Part shown: positions 27,435-36,956 of the stretch, piece after piece
Layout: the number at the start of each line of letters is the position of its first letter
Position numbering within the stretch: the first letter of the stretch is position 1
Virus record (IMG/VR): IMGVR_UViG_3300028840_003067
Location: 3,786 to 67,785 of that record
Source of the DNA: a virus
Direction: 5' to 3' (one strand)
DNA: 64,000 nucleotides
Made by a program: the position numbers and the translations under genes
Notes under the pieces: generated by a model
Told to the model about the DNA's origin: nothing
Databases searched by the model: none
What the model saw: the letters and a program-made list of their open reading frames with translations, nothing else

Positions 27435-27761
27435 GAGAAAGAGTCCGACCCCACCTGTCACGAGAGCCCCAATCGCTGCCCATAACGTTTTCCACATATT
27501 CGACACTTTATTATCGAGATCGTGCACTTTTGTCGTGATCCCAGGAGACCCTTGAATGCCGTACAACCGTTCTTGCATGAGCTTCACATCTTGGTGAATC
27601 ATGTCGTCAATCGCTTTGTGCTCACGAAGTTCGATCAACAGCGTTTGTAAAGCTTTCTGGTTCTCGTGAAAGAGCACCGCGTTCTCGTGAACGGCTGCGG
27701 TGACTCGTTCCACGTCTTTCGACAGTGAGATTATCATTGCCTCTGGTGACTCCAATGCCAT
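27420..27761 (-). CDS. coiled-coil protein with C-terminal TM (holin/XhlA-like)
   Basis: Heptad region then WAAIGALVTGGVGLFL; last late gene. Confidence 0.55.
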   Translation of the reverse strand: MALESPEAMIISLSKDVERVTAAVHENAVLFHENQKALQTLLIELREHKAIDDMIHQDVKLMQERLYGIQGSPGITTKVHDLDNKVSNMWKTLWAAIGALVTGGVGLFLSKLG

Positions 27762-27774
27762 AACCCGCCTTCCT

Positions 27775-28893
27775 TTACACGATCCGGTACCATTGTGTTC
27801 CGTTACAGAACACCATAGCCACATCGTACTGTGAGGCTAAACTCACACTGCCTGCTCCGTTGATGTTACTACCGTTTCCGCTGAGGGTGACGGCGTTTGC
27901 ACTTGCGTCGATTTTGATGGCGATGACGATTTTGTCGGCACTGCTGGCGGCAGCGGGGAGGTTGAGCGTGAACGCACCACCAGTGGCATCGCCCGTAGCA
28001 ATGACCGTATCCGCGATAGTGGTTGGTCCTGACGTGTAGTTCGTGACCTTCCACCCAATATCGCCGAGAGCATGGAGAAGGAAAGTGGGAGCGCCTCCGA
28101 AGCCGAACTTTTGGTCTGTGGCACTGTTGCCGAATTGGACGTTGTCATTGGTATTCACCTTTGCAATGTTGACGTTCCCTGTACCGGCATTGTTGCGACC
28201 GATGAGCCAATTGTCGTTGGCGAGTCGAACGGACGTTGCCGGTAATGCGAGGATATCATCGGACGCAATCGTGAGCGAGAAATCAGCCGTGTTGCCGTTG
28301 TTCCGCCATGCCACGAGTTGCCCGTTCGCAAGACGAATCACGCCAGCCGCGGCGGGATTCGTGGCGCTGCCTTTTAATGCGGTACCGAGGGTGATCTGGT
28401 CGATCGTCGGGGTTGTCGTCCATGCCGGTACGTCTGTGGCAACTTGAAGGATGGCCCCATTGGACCCAATCACGAGCTTCGAGAGTGTATCGACGGCGCT
28501 CGCGTAGAGCGTGTCACCTTTTGCGTAGGTCGATTGTGCCGTTCCGCCTTTCGTGGCGGCGAGCGCACCGGTCAACGCGAAGGTACTGAGATTGATTTCG
28601 GTGAGTGGATTGGCGAAGGCCGCGGTGACGGGTGCCAGAATCGAGTCTCCCGCTGAGAAGGCGGATCCACTCGTGCCTTCCTGAGCACGAACGATCGTGA
28701 ACGTCCCACCAGACCGAGACGTGAGATGCACCACTTCAAAGGTTGTGCCGTTATCGATGACGCAGACCTGCCAATCGCCAGCAGTCGGGGACGCAAAGGC
28801 CGACCCGTCCGTGACGGTGATGGAGGTCTGACCGCCGGTAATACCCGCCGCCAGAGTCGTCCGCGCAAAGTTTGTGAAGACTTGTTTCGCCAT
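27775..28893 (-). CDS. tail fibre / receptor-binding protein
   Basis: N-terminal FTNFARTTLA..RAQEGT attachment motif; Gly/Thr/Asn-rich; C-terminal fibre-tip domain. Confidence 0.75.
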   Translation of the reverse strand: MAKQVFTNFARTTLAAGITGGQTSITVTDGSAFASPTAGDWQVCVIDNGTTFEVVHLTSRSGGTFTIVRAQEGTSGSAFSAGDSILAPVTAAFANPLTEINLSTFALTGALAATKGGTAQSTYAKGDTLYASAVDTLSKLVIGSNGAILQVATDVPAWTTTPTIDQITLGTALKGSATNPAAAGVIRLANGQLVAWRNNGNTADFSLTIASDDILALPATSVRLANDNWLIGRNNAGTGNVNIAKVNTNDNVQFGNSATDQKFGFGGAPTFLLHALGDIGWKVTNYTSGPTTIADTVIATGDATGGAFTLNLPAAASSADKIVIAIKIDASANAVTLSGNGSNINGAGSVSLASQYDVAMVFCNGTQWYRIV

Positions 28894-28918
28894 AGTTCTC
28901 CTAGTGTAGCAAAATTCC

Positions 28919-29203
28919 CTATGGAATCAAACCGGTATCTTGGAACCCGTAACGTGGCTGTTTATGGTTGCCTACCACGCTAAACAGATGGGCTTGTTGC
29001 TCGATACGCGGTAATGGGAACACCCGCTTCGGTGGGGGTTCGAGTTGGATCAACACGTCTGCGAAGACCTGCGTGACGCGGACCTTGGGGTCGTTCGACC
29101 GCAACATGAGTTCCGCGGAGATATTCGTCAACGAGACATCATCTGATGTCGCATTTTCGTAGGCAACTTCGGCTCCGACTGAGGTAATCCGATATTCCGC
29201 CAT
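28919..29203 (-). CDS. small virion protein with three internal repeats
   Basis: YRITSVGAEVAY / VSLTNISAELML / VRVTQVFADVLI. Confidence 0.65.
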   Translation of the reverse strand: MAEYRITSVGAEVAYENATSDDVSLTNISAELMLRSNDPKVRVTQVFADVLIQLEPPPKRVFPLPRIEQQAHLFSVVGNHKQPRYGFQDTGLIP

Positions 29204-30282
29204 TAGGCTAACTCCACTCCGGCTTCAACGCCATTGACTGTGGTCTGTGACCAGGCCCCACCGAGACTGTCTTTATCGAAGATTTGTTTCATCATACCCC
29301 GTTTGTAGGCATAGTTGACTTCAAGGGCCGCGCTCTGTTGCACACCGGACGCATCGCGCAAGCGGAGCTTGATATCTTTTCCCAGGTGACTATACCGTTG
29401 AGGCACCGCATTGACACCCACCGCGATTGGCACTTCCGGATCGCTCACAGAAATGTCCCCCATCGTGTACTCGTCAATATGACCGGCGGTCGAGGATTCG
29501 ATATAGGTCGTGTCGCTATCCGGTTCATCTTCATCGACGGCTTGAAAGTTCGAGCCGGTGTTGGGGGTGAAGTTGTTCGTGGTGCCGTTCGCGGTCGGGG
29601 AGATCCGATCAATTCGGATCGGTCCGAGAAACGTGTTCGGTGTGGCTCCGGCTGGATCCATGATGTAGAGATCGTCATATTTGAGACTATTGCCAGCCCA
29701 CGGCTTGTACAAGCCCACCGACCGAATCGTCGTCGCGTCTTGCTTCGTATCAAGACCAGTGGCTTCATGCACCGTAATGCCGTTCTTCCGGACCGTCCAG
29801 GCTCCGAGCGTGTCATGGATCCGCACATAAAATTCGAGGAACGACCAGACACCGGCCTGCAACACGACGGGCGTCGTGGTCGAGACCGCGGTCGTATAGC
29901 GCACGAGGCGTAAATGGCCAGTGGTGTCCGAATCAATGAAGAGGCCAGGAAAGTTTTCATACGCATTCGTCACGAATTGGCACACGTACCCTGCGCCGGT
30001 AAATCCTGGCAAGGCCCCACACTTAAACCACATGCCGACGATGACTTCCTCTAAACAAAAGGCAGGGCCAAGGACGACCCCTTCATTTGCATTCGTGCCC
30101 AAATTAAAGTGTCGCCCACCAAACTTTCCACCGGTCCCGACGACCTGTGAACGGTTGGCCGCTGTGGTGGAGGCGTCCATGTAGTTGAGCGCGATACGTG
30201 GGCGTGGTCCTCCGCCTCCGCCCCATGTGAGCGGAGCTTCAACCGGCAGTCCATCCCATCCTTCCATATGAATAATTGACAT
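29203..30282 (-). CDS. LamG/concanavalin-like tail protein, paralog 3
   Basis: MSIIHMEGWD..W.FLEFYVRIHDTLG..YDDLYI..AVDE..DTTYI. Confidence 0.7.
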   Translation of the reverse strand: MSIIHMEGWDGLPVEAPLTWGGGGGPRPRIALNYMDASTTAANRSQVVGTGGKFGGRHFNLGTNANEGVVLGPAFCLEEVIVGMWFKCGALPGFTGAGYVCQFVTNAYENFPGLFIDSDTTGHLRLVRYTTAVSTTTPVVLQAGVWSFLEFYVRIHDTLGAWTVRKNGITVHEATGLDTKQDATTIRSVGLYKPWAGNSLKYDDLYIMDPAGATPNTFLGPIRIDRISPTANGTTNNFTPNTGSNFQAVDEDEPDSDTTYIESSTAGHIDEYTMGDISVSDPEVPIAVGVNAVPQRYSHLGKDIKLRLRDASGVQQSAALEVNYAYKRGMMKQIFDKDSLGGAWSQTTVNGVEAGVELA

Positions 30283-31376
30283 TAGGCCCTCGACTCGATT
30301 CCAATTTGTAGGTTATTCAAATCTGTCTGATCCCATGCACCCCCATCGGGCGCGAGGGTATAGTACTCTTTCTTATGACGCCAGTTTCCCTGCGGGGGCA
30401 CGAAGTCCGCGCTATTCACGACGGTCGTCCCGTCACTGATCCGAAGTCGCGCCTTCAGGGTGTTGGCGCGGTTGGCTCGTACGCGTGCGTTGACGCCGAC
30501 GGCAATGATTTCTTCCGTCGACCCAAGTGTGTAGGTCTCACAATTATAGGAGTCGATGTTGGCCGCGGTCGCGGTATGCACGTAGGTCGTGGTATCGTCC
30601 GGTGCGTTCCCTTCATCAACACGATCATAGTTGGCGGAGCCGGTCCCGACGGCAGTCCATGCGGAGTTCGAGCCAGCCGCGTTCGGGCGCAAGGGACGAA
30701 TCTCGTGACGCCCAACACGGGTATCGCTGAAGATCATGTCCGCAACGGGCGTTGACGGAATCGACCCACCCATTGCGAAATGAATGCGGTTGAACGTCGT
30801 GGCTCCGGCAAATCCTCGTGTATCGAATCCCGCCCGATGCCACACCGTTTGGCCGTTCTGCCATACGCGAATCTCACCGGTTGATGCGTGAAGTTTGAAA
30901 TACACTTCCCAATGGGACCACTCCGGACCGTTTACCGAATGGTACAGATGGGTACCCGCCGAGCCACGAACAGTCGTGACATGCTCGACAAGACCGGTAT
31001 AGCTGCCAGCGGTCGCGTTCGTCTTGAGAATCTCCACGGATCCGTTGCCGCCGAATGATTTAATGCAGAACATGAATCCCGCGTCAAACGTCTCGGTATC
31101 TTGAAACTCAAGAAACTGTTCCAGGTTATCGGCGTTGTTCACGTTATGGTTCGACCACCACGCGCCGTAGATTTCACTGATGTTGCTCCCGATATCAATA
31201 TGCCACGGCAACAGAATACCGGCAGTCGTATACCCTGGACGGCCAAAGTTATCATTCGACGTGCTGATGGTCGAGGGGTTCAACCCGCCGCTGACCGCAC
31301 CATACCCGATACCGGCTTGTACCGGTCCGGCGTTCGCGTATTGGTCCCATCCTTCTGCGCCATAGATCGTTGGCAT
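30282..31376 (-). CDS. LamG/concanavalin-like tail protein, paralog 2
   Basis: MPTIYGAEGWD..WSHWEVYFKLH..RVDE..DDTTTYV..APDGGAW. Confidence 0.7.
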   Translation of the reverse strand: MPTIYGAEGWDQYANAGPVQAGIGYGAVSGGLNPSTISTSNDNFGRPGYTTAGILLPWHIDIGSNISEIYGAWWSNHNVNNADNLEQFLEFQDTETFDAGFMFCIKSFGGNGSVEILKTNATAGSYTGLVEHVTTVRGSAGTHLYHSVNGPEWSHWEVYFKLHASTGEIRVWQNGQTVWHRAGFDTRGFAGATTFNRIHFAMGGSIPSTPVADMIFSDTRVGRHEIRPLRPNAAGSNSAWTAVGTGSANYDRVDEGNAPDDTTTYVHTATAANIDSYNCETYTLGSTEEIIAVGVNARVRANRANTLKARLRISDGTTVVNSADFVPPQGNWRHKKEYYTLAPDGGAWDQTDLNNLQIGIESRA

Positions 31377-32398
31377 TATGCTGAAATCTCCAATGAGGCG
31401 ATGAGGTTATCTAAATCCGTATCATCCCATGATGTGCCGTCAGGCGCAAGTTCTCGAACGTACGAGAAGAAGCGATACCCTGAGACACCCGTCATGGCGG
31501 CAGATGAGACGACGTTCGTCCCGTCTTCTAAACGGGTGATGAGCTTGTTGGTCGACGAGGCGTTGTTCTCGCCGCGGACCTGAAGCTGCACACCGAGAAT
31601 CGTGCGGGTGTCACTGTTATCCGGCATCGTGTACTTATCGATATGCCCGACGGTATTACTCGACACGTAGGTCGTGGCATCGTCAGGAGAGGCTCCGTCA
31701 TCCACTTCCGTATAATGGGTGGACCCGCCTGTTGCGGTGAAGTTCAACGTGCCTCCGTCCCCATTCGGCGTAAACGGCACGACTTCAAACGGTTTCAAGA
31801 AGGTGGACACACCGGTTCGGATGATCGTGTCTCCCCAATCACAAATGCCGAGGAGACTGACTCGCCCCACATCGATGTTGCCTGAACCGGTCCGTGTATC
31901 GATGTTCGTCTTATCGCACAACGTCATGCCGTCGAGTTCAATCTTGACGGCTCCCACCGTGTCACTAATTTTGACGTACATCTGCAAGAATTGCCACACG
32001 CCCTTGATGACGCCGCCGCCCCCAACGGTTGAGAACATCGGGACACCATTATTCGGCATGATCCGGAACGATCCGTTTCGATTTTGGCCACCGTGTAACG
32101 AGATATGGTTGGCGAATAAATCCGAGTTGGCAAATTCGAGATAGAAGTGGTTCACCGTTGACGGACTCCGAAACCACGTCGAGACGACACACTCCGCGTT
32201 CCCTGTAAACACATACGACCGCATCGCGTTATTCGTGGCACACGCGAGGTATTGCCGTGAGAATGGGTCAGACGCCGCGGACGGGATCGTCGCGGTCCCA
32301 AATCCACCCGCCGACCATCCCTGCCCTCCTGAGACGTTCAGGTCGACGTTGGCATTATTCTTGTGGTAGTCCCACCCTTCGATTAAGACGACGGCCAT
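31376..32398 (-). CDS. LamG/concanavalin-like tail protein, paralog 1
   Basis: MAVVLIEGWD..WQFLQMYVKISDTVG..EVDD..DDATTYV..APDGTSW. Confidence 0.7.
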   Translation of the reverse strand: MAVVLIEGWDYHKNNANVDLNVSGGQGWSAGGFGTATIPSAASDPFSRQYLACATNNAMRSYVFTGNAECVVSTWFRSPSTVNHFYLEFANSDLFANHISLHGGQNRNGSFRIMPNNGVPMFSTVGGGGVIKGVWQFLQMYVKISDTVGAVKIELDGMTLCDKTNIDTRTGSGNIDVGRVSLLGICDWGDTIIRTGVSTFLKPFEVVPFTPNGDGGTLNFTATGGSTHYTEVDDGASPDDATTYVSSNTVGHIDKYTMPDNSDTRTILGVQLQVRGENNASSTNKLITRLEDGTNVVSSAAMTGVSGYRFFSYVRELAPDGTSWDDTDLDNLIASLEISA

Positions 32399-32410
32399 AC
32401 ACGTGCTCCT

Positions 32411-34267
32411 TTACGCGAACTGCTCACTAATCAGGTCAAAGGTAAACGTTCCGTTGTTCGTGGCATCTTTATTCACGATCCGAATATGGAGTTCGACCGT
32501 GGCGTCCAGGTCTTCATAAAACCACGGCAGACGATCGGTATATACCCGACTACTTGCTGCGGGATCCACGTCGGCGGCTTTGTACAAGAGGTCCGCGGCG
32601 GCGAAGGTATCCTTCGCATAAATTTCCAGATCATAGAGACCCGTCATCGTCGCGCCGGTCTCCGTGGCTTTCAAGGTGTGCACCAACCCACGGTTGATGA
32701 ACGCGGTCAGATTAAAGCTCGTGGTCGTATTCGCCGTGGCGACATTCCCCGCGCTTTGGAACGTATCGCGTCGTGATCCTGTACCGGTGACTTTCTTGAA
32801 GTACCCACACAGGAAGATCCGCACATTGGCAGTACCGGCACCGGACGCGGTGACAATGTATTCATATCCGATTGTGCCAGCCCCATCATCACCAGGAATC
32901 ACGATGGTCGCCACATCATCTTGTTCGTTCGTCCCACCCCAGACCGTGTAACTCTTCGTGGGAGCCGCGGCGTCACCATATTTTCTGAACTTCACATTCA
33001 CGCCAGCACCAGGTGACGAGTCCCAGAACTGGACCCGCAGCACCAAGGCTTCGACCCCTTGGGGTGCGTCCGTAATAATGTTGTCCCCTGTTGGCCCGAT
33101 ATCTTCTTGAACGTACCCCCCGTCCGAACTGATGGCCAACCGTTCAACTAATTGCGTGGGGTCGTTCTTCGAGACATATGATGTCAAGCCTTGTGTGCCG
33201 ATGTCTGCGCTCCCTGTCCCAATCTCTTGAAAGGTGGAGCCGTCATTCGTAAATTCCCATTTATCGGTGGCTTCGTTCCATCGGAGACTCGCATCCGCAC
33301 TTGAGCCGCGCTCAACCGAGAACAGGCAATTTGACGAGGGTGCACCGGTATGCAATCGATTCAGCTTAAACTCGGTGTTGTCCGTCCCCAGATCGGTATT
33401 CTGGGTATGCCCCCCGCCTCCGCCTCCACCGGCTCGTGCCCATGTCCGTTGATCGGTGACGACACTAATCGTTCCACCTGACGTTGTCACGGTGAAGAGC
33501 GGGATACGTCCGGCTGTAAACGCGGTCGTGTTCTTCGAGACAACACCGGTCCCAGGATGCACTTCGACATAATTGGTCGTGGCGTCTGTCAGGAGCACCG
33601 TCCCGTCAGCGGTCGTGGTGACCACGTTATCGTTATGCACTTTCCCGCCGAAGTACCCGAAGTTGAGTCCGGAATGGCTTCCCGCATCTTCCGCATAGTA
33701 CCCGCTGATGGTTCCCGCCAACGCTTCGATTGCGGCCAGCCGATCCGCTACGCTCAGGTAGCTCCCCAACATCCCGTTGTAGTCATCGCCGTCGAGGAGA
33801 ATGTCGGCAGTCGCGGAGTAAAACGTCACGGCACTGACCACATGCGTCGTATCGTTCCATGAGAACGACCACACGGTATCAGCACCGGCTGAAGAATTTA
33901 CGGTTGGGACACCACCGGTCGGTACATCGACGTACAAGGTGCTGGTCGAGAAGGCATCAAGGGGAACCAGTGTGGTTGTCCCCGCGCTCCGAAACTCGGT
34001 GCCGGAATAATATGCACCCGCGGCAATACTGAGATTGTACGGTGGACCGGTCAACGTTGCGGCAACCGGCTTATAGGACGCCTTCCCAAAAATTCCGTTC
34101 CGATCAAACAGTTGATCCACACGAAGATCGCGTGTCCCGACGCTCGCGTTGTTCAGCGAGTCACTCAGGCTGTTGACCGCACCTTCGATGAGGGTGTAGT
34201 TCCCTTCATGATCGACGGCGTAGGATGTGGATCCTTGAAATGTCTTCACTAACGTAATCAATGCCAT
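32411..34267 (-). CDS. tail fibre / baseplate-associated protein
   Basis: 618 aa beta-rich; TNYVE..RIPLF.V.T and LRWNE..DKWEFTND fibre modules. Confidence 0.7.
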   Translation of the reverse strand: MALITLVKTFQGSTSYAVDHEGNYTLIEGAVNSLSDSLNNASVGTRDLRVDQLFDRNGIFGKASYKPVAATLTGPPYNLSIAAGAYYSGTEFRSAGTTTLVPLDAFSTSTLYVDVPTGGVPTVNSSAGADTVWSFSWNDTTHVVSAVTFYSATADILLDGDDYNGMLGSYLSVADRLAAIEALAGTISGYYAEDAGSHSGLNFGYFGGKVHNDNVVTTTADGTVLLTDATTNYVEVHPGTGVVSKNTTAFTAGRIPLFTVTTSGGTISVVTDQRTWARAGGGGGGGHTQNTDLGTDNTEFKLNRLHTGAPSSNCLFSVERGSSADASLRWNEATDKWEFTNDGSTFQEIGTGSADIGTQGLTSYVSKNDPTQLVERLAISSDGGYVQEDIGPTGDNIITDAPQGVEALVLRVQFWDSSPGAGVNVKFRKYGDAAAPTKSYTVWGGTNEQDDVATIVIPGDDGAGTIGYEYIVTASGAGTANVRIFLCGYFKKVTGTGSRRDTFQSAGNVATANTTTSFNLTAFINRGLVHTLKATETGATMTGLYDLEIYAKDTFAAADLLYKAADVDPAASSRVYTDRLPWFYEDLDATVELHIRIVNKDATNNGTFTFDLISEQFA

Positions 34268-34276
34268 AACAACTCC

Positions 34277-34804
34277 TTATGGTAACGCCAAGACTGTGAG
34301 TAGATTCCCGTTCGCATCGAATTTTCCCATCACACCGTACGGTAATTGTCCGTACGCAAACCCTCCATTCAACGCGGGTGTCCCAAGTTCCGTATATGTG
34401 AGCGGTCGGTAGGTGGATCCGTACGTCTGTGTCGCCCCAAGTGTGATACCCACATCGCTATACGTGACTTCCACAACCACAATTTGCCCGTTGACGATGG
34501 CCGCGACGCCGACGATCTCATACCCACGCCGAGCTTCTAAGCGTCGAAGTCTGAGCTTGGTGCTCGGTCCAGTTTTATGTACGCCGTGTGACGCGTCAGC
34601 AATCGGGACCGCTTTCACAATCTGTGCAGAGTCGGGTCGAGTTCCGCTCAAATCCAAGTCAACATCCATTACCCAAATAAACTGCTTGAGACCCACATCG
34701 AACCATTTGTAAGCCGGTGACGCGCTGGTACCAATGATTTCGGTCGCGGACCGATCAATACGGGTATCAATCAGGGTAATGAGGGGCTCGCGTAACCTTG
34801 TCAT
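34277..34804 (-). CDS. tail tip protein
   Basis: Position after the hub gene, coupled. Confidence 0.55.
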   Translation of the reverse strand: MTRLREPLITLIDTRIDRSATEIIGTSASPAYKWFDVGLKQFIWVMDVDLDLSGTRPDSAQIVKAVPIADASHGVHKTGPSTKLRLRRLEARRGYEIVGVAAIVNGQIVVVEVTYSDVGITLGATQTYGSTYRPLTYTELGTPALNGGFAYGQLPYGVMGKFDANGNLLTVLALP

Positions 34805-36345
34805 TACAACACCGTCTTAAATCCTGTGAGAGTCATTTTCATCGTATCTACCGCTCCGCGCATCAAGGTTCGCTGCATCTGATCCACATAGATCCGGACC
34901 GTCGACGACAAGGCAATCACGTCCCCTGGCTCGAATCTCGGATCGTACCGCATCAAGAGAGTCCGCGGCTGTTCCTTCATAACTTCGTAGTGCAATTGAT
35001 TCTCAACGAGCGGGAGCGCCCGTTCTTCCGTTGAAATGAAGTCGTTACGGATCTCCTTCTCACGCTCTTGCCAGAACTCTAGTCCTGATTTCTGTGCGAT
35101 GGCTTGCTTTTCTAAGTATACCATTTCGTAAGGCGTTCCCCAAACCTCATATTGACCGGTTCCAATGCTGGACATGACGATCAAAATAAAGAACAGGACG
35201 ACGGCCTGAAGCACACGGCCCACAGGAATTGTCGTAAAGTATCCGAGGCCGTCTGGGAAGCCTGATAAGATGAGGTACACGGCAAACAGCACCGCGACGA
35301 GAATCGAGGTCCAAACACTAATCGTGACGGTGATCTTGCTTGAAAACTCATCAAGTTTGACCATCGCTTCCGAACCGACGGGAACCAACCCAGAGTTGAC
35401 ACTCTGGATCACGATGAACCGTGGGTTATCACTCCGCGATTTTCGTTCATCACTGTAATACACGATGATATCCTGCTTCGGACGAAAGAATCCGGTTGTC
35501 ACCATCGCTGAACCGAGAATCTGATCGTCCCCATCGACTCTCGACAAGGAGTTACTCAAATAGATCAAGATGACTTTGTTAATGGTCTCGGCGCTGGATG
35601 CCCGAACATCGTACCGTATCAGGTATTTATCATCAGGCAGCGTATGCGTGGTGCGGTGCTGATCGATACTAATCAATTTCAGCTTCCCTCGTCCGTCAAA
35701 CCACGGTCGCGCATTTAGCCCGAAGGTGAGTCCCTCGATAGCCTCCCACGGTGGGGTATTGACGACTTGGTTCGTATTCTTATCGAAGGTCAGATTCCAC
35801 GGATTCGGAACGTCAATTTCTCCTGGCCCCATCAACATAATGTCCTGCACGATATTATAGAACATCGCGCCCCAATCCGACCCGATGGTGAAGTCGGATG
35901 ACGTGACATTCCGTCGTCGCCATGCCTGATTGTTCTGTCGACTGTAGACTGAGAACTGTATATCGATGTTCGTATCACGCTCATACTTCCATGAGTAGGT
36001 GCCTTCGACGGTACCGGTAAAAGTCCACAGCCATTCTGTTTCCGCAAGATTCTCGAACCCTTCTCGAAGGCGAATGACGCGGCCTTGTCTGATGGAGGTC
36101 CGGAGACTGCCCCCATCAGGATGAAACAAGAGGCTCCCATCATCCACCATTGCGACCTGGATCCGATCATACGAATAATCAATCTTCGTCACGAACGGAG
36201 TCAGGTCAAGCGGCGTCTGGGTATATTGATCGGTAACAATGTCTTCCCACGAATCCAGGTCGAGCGAAAATGAGTAGAGTTTGAACTTGGGAAAGATCAC
36301 GTCTCGTGCGAGATACTCTTGATATGTCGTGCTTGCGGTAATCAC
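34804..36345 (-). CDS. tail hub/Tal-like protein with internal hydrophobic hairpin
   Basis: WFDGRGKL and DPRFEPGDVI hub-like motifs; two TM-like segments. Confidence 0.65.
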   Translation of the reverse strand: MITASTTYQEYLARDVIFPKFKLYSFSLDLDSWEDIVTDQYTQTPLDLTPFVTKIDYSYDRIQVAMVDDGSLLFHPDGGSLRTSIRQGRVIRLREGFENLAETEWLWTFTGTVEGTYSWKYERDTNIDIQFSVYSRQNNQAWRRRNVTSSDFTIGSDWGAMFYNIVQDIMLMGPGEIDVPNPWNLTFDKNTNQVVNTPPWEAIEGLTFGLNARPWFDGRGKLKLISIDQHRTTHTLPDDKYLIRYDVRASSAETINKVILIYLSNSLSRVDGDDQILGSAMVTTGFFRPKQDIIVYYSDERKSRSDNPRFIVIQSVNSGLVPVGSEAMVKLDEFSSKITVTISVWTSILVAVLFAVYLILSGFPDGLGYFTTIPVGRVLQAVVLFFILIVMSSIGTGQYEVWGTPYEMVYLEKQAIAQKSGLEFWQEREKEIRNDFISTEERALPLVENQLHYEVMKEQPRTLLMRYDPRFEPGDVIALSSTVRIYVDQMQRTLMRGAVDTMKMTLTGFKTVL

Positions 36346-36956
36346 TACGCAGCCTCTCCCAGAATCCGAAACCGTAACTCGACGGTCCCTGCCACATAGC
36401 CGTGGCGCGTGACAATGTAGTCAAACTCGAAGTCACCGGCCCCGACTCCGGCAGAACCGGTCAGTGAGAGGGTGAGCGCCTCAAGCACAATGTTGTAGAC
36501 TTTACTGGTCCGGTCCCTCGGTTCCCATTGAATATATGTCCCGTTCGTCGGGGGGTTCCGATAATAGTTTTGGAGTTCCGTGAAGAACGCCAATGTCATG
36601 CGAGACTTCGTCGTCGACCCAAGCCATCGTTCTGCAATTGACACATCCTTCGATTGCCCAAGCCATCCCATAATCACGTTATCTTCGAGCGTTCCGACCG
36701 TCAACGCACGAGGACGCACATCTAATGGTGAGGTATTGAAATTCGTGTACACATCGGGGTTCGTCTCGTAGATGATTGGCGCAAACAACGTACTCGGATA
36801 CACGAGTCGCCGTAGTTCGCCAGCCGTGACGCCGAGAGGATCCCCTGGTAAGATGACCGACGGCGATGCGGTCCCTAAGACAATGTCCGACTGTGTTGTG
36901 GCGACAGGGGTGTTATCGCCAACTGTGAAGGTAATTGAGTTTGAAATAATAGCCAT
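36345..36956 (-). CDS. distal tail (Dit-like) protein
   Basis: About 200 aa, between tape measure and hub. Confidence 0.5.
   Translation of the reverse strand: MAIISNSITFTVGDNTPVATTQSDIVLGTASPSVILPGDPLGVTAGELRRLVYPSTLFAPIIYETNPDVYTNFNTSPLDVRPRALTVGTLEDNVIMGWLGQSKDVSIAERWLGSTTKSRMTLAFFTELQNYYRNPPTNGTYIQWEPRDRTSKVYNIVLEALTLSLTGSAGVGAGDFEFDYIVTRHGYVAGTVELRFRILGEAA

Noticed and set aside
27775-32398. Diversity-generating retroelement acting on receptor-binding genes
   Set aside because: No reverse transcriptase and no near-identical TR/VR pair seen; paralogs are similar only at protein level.
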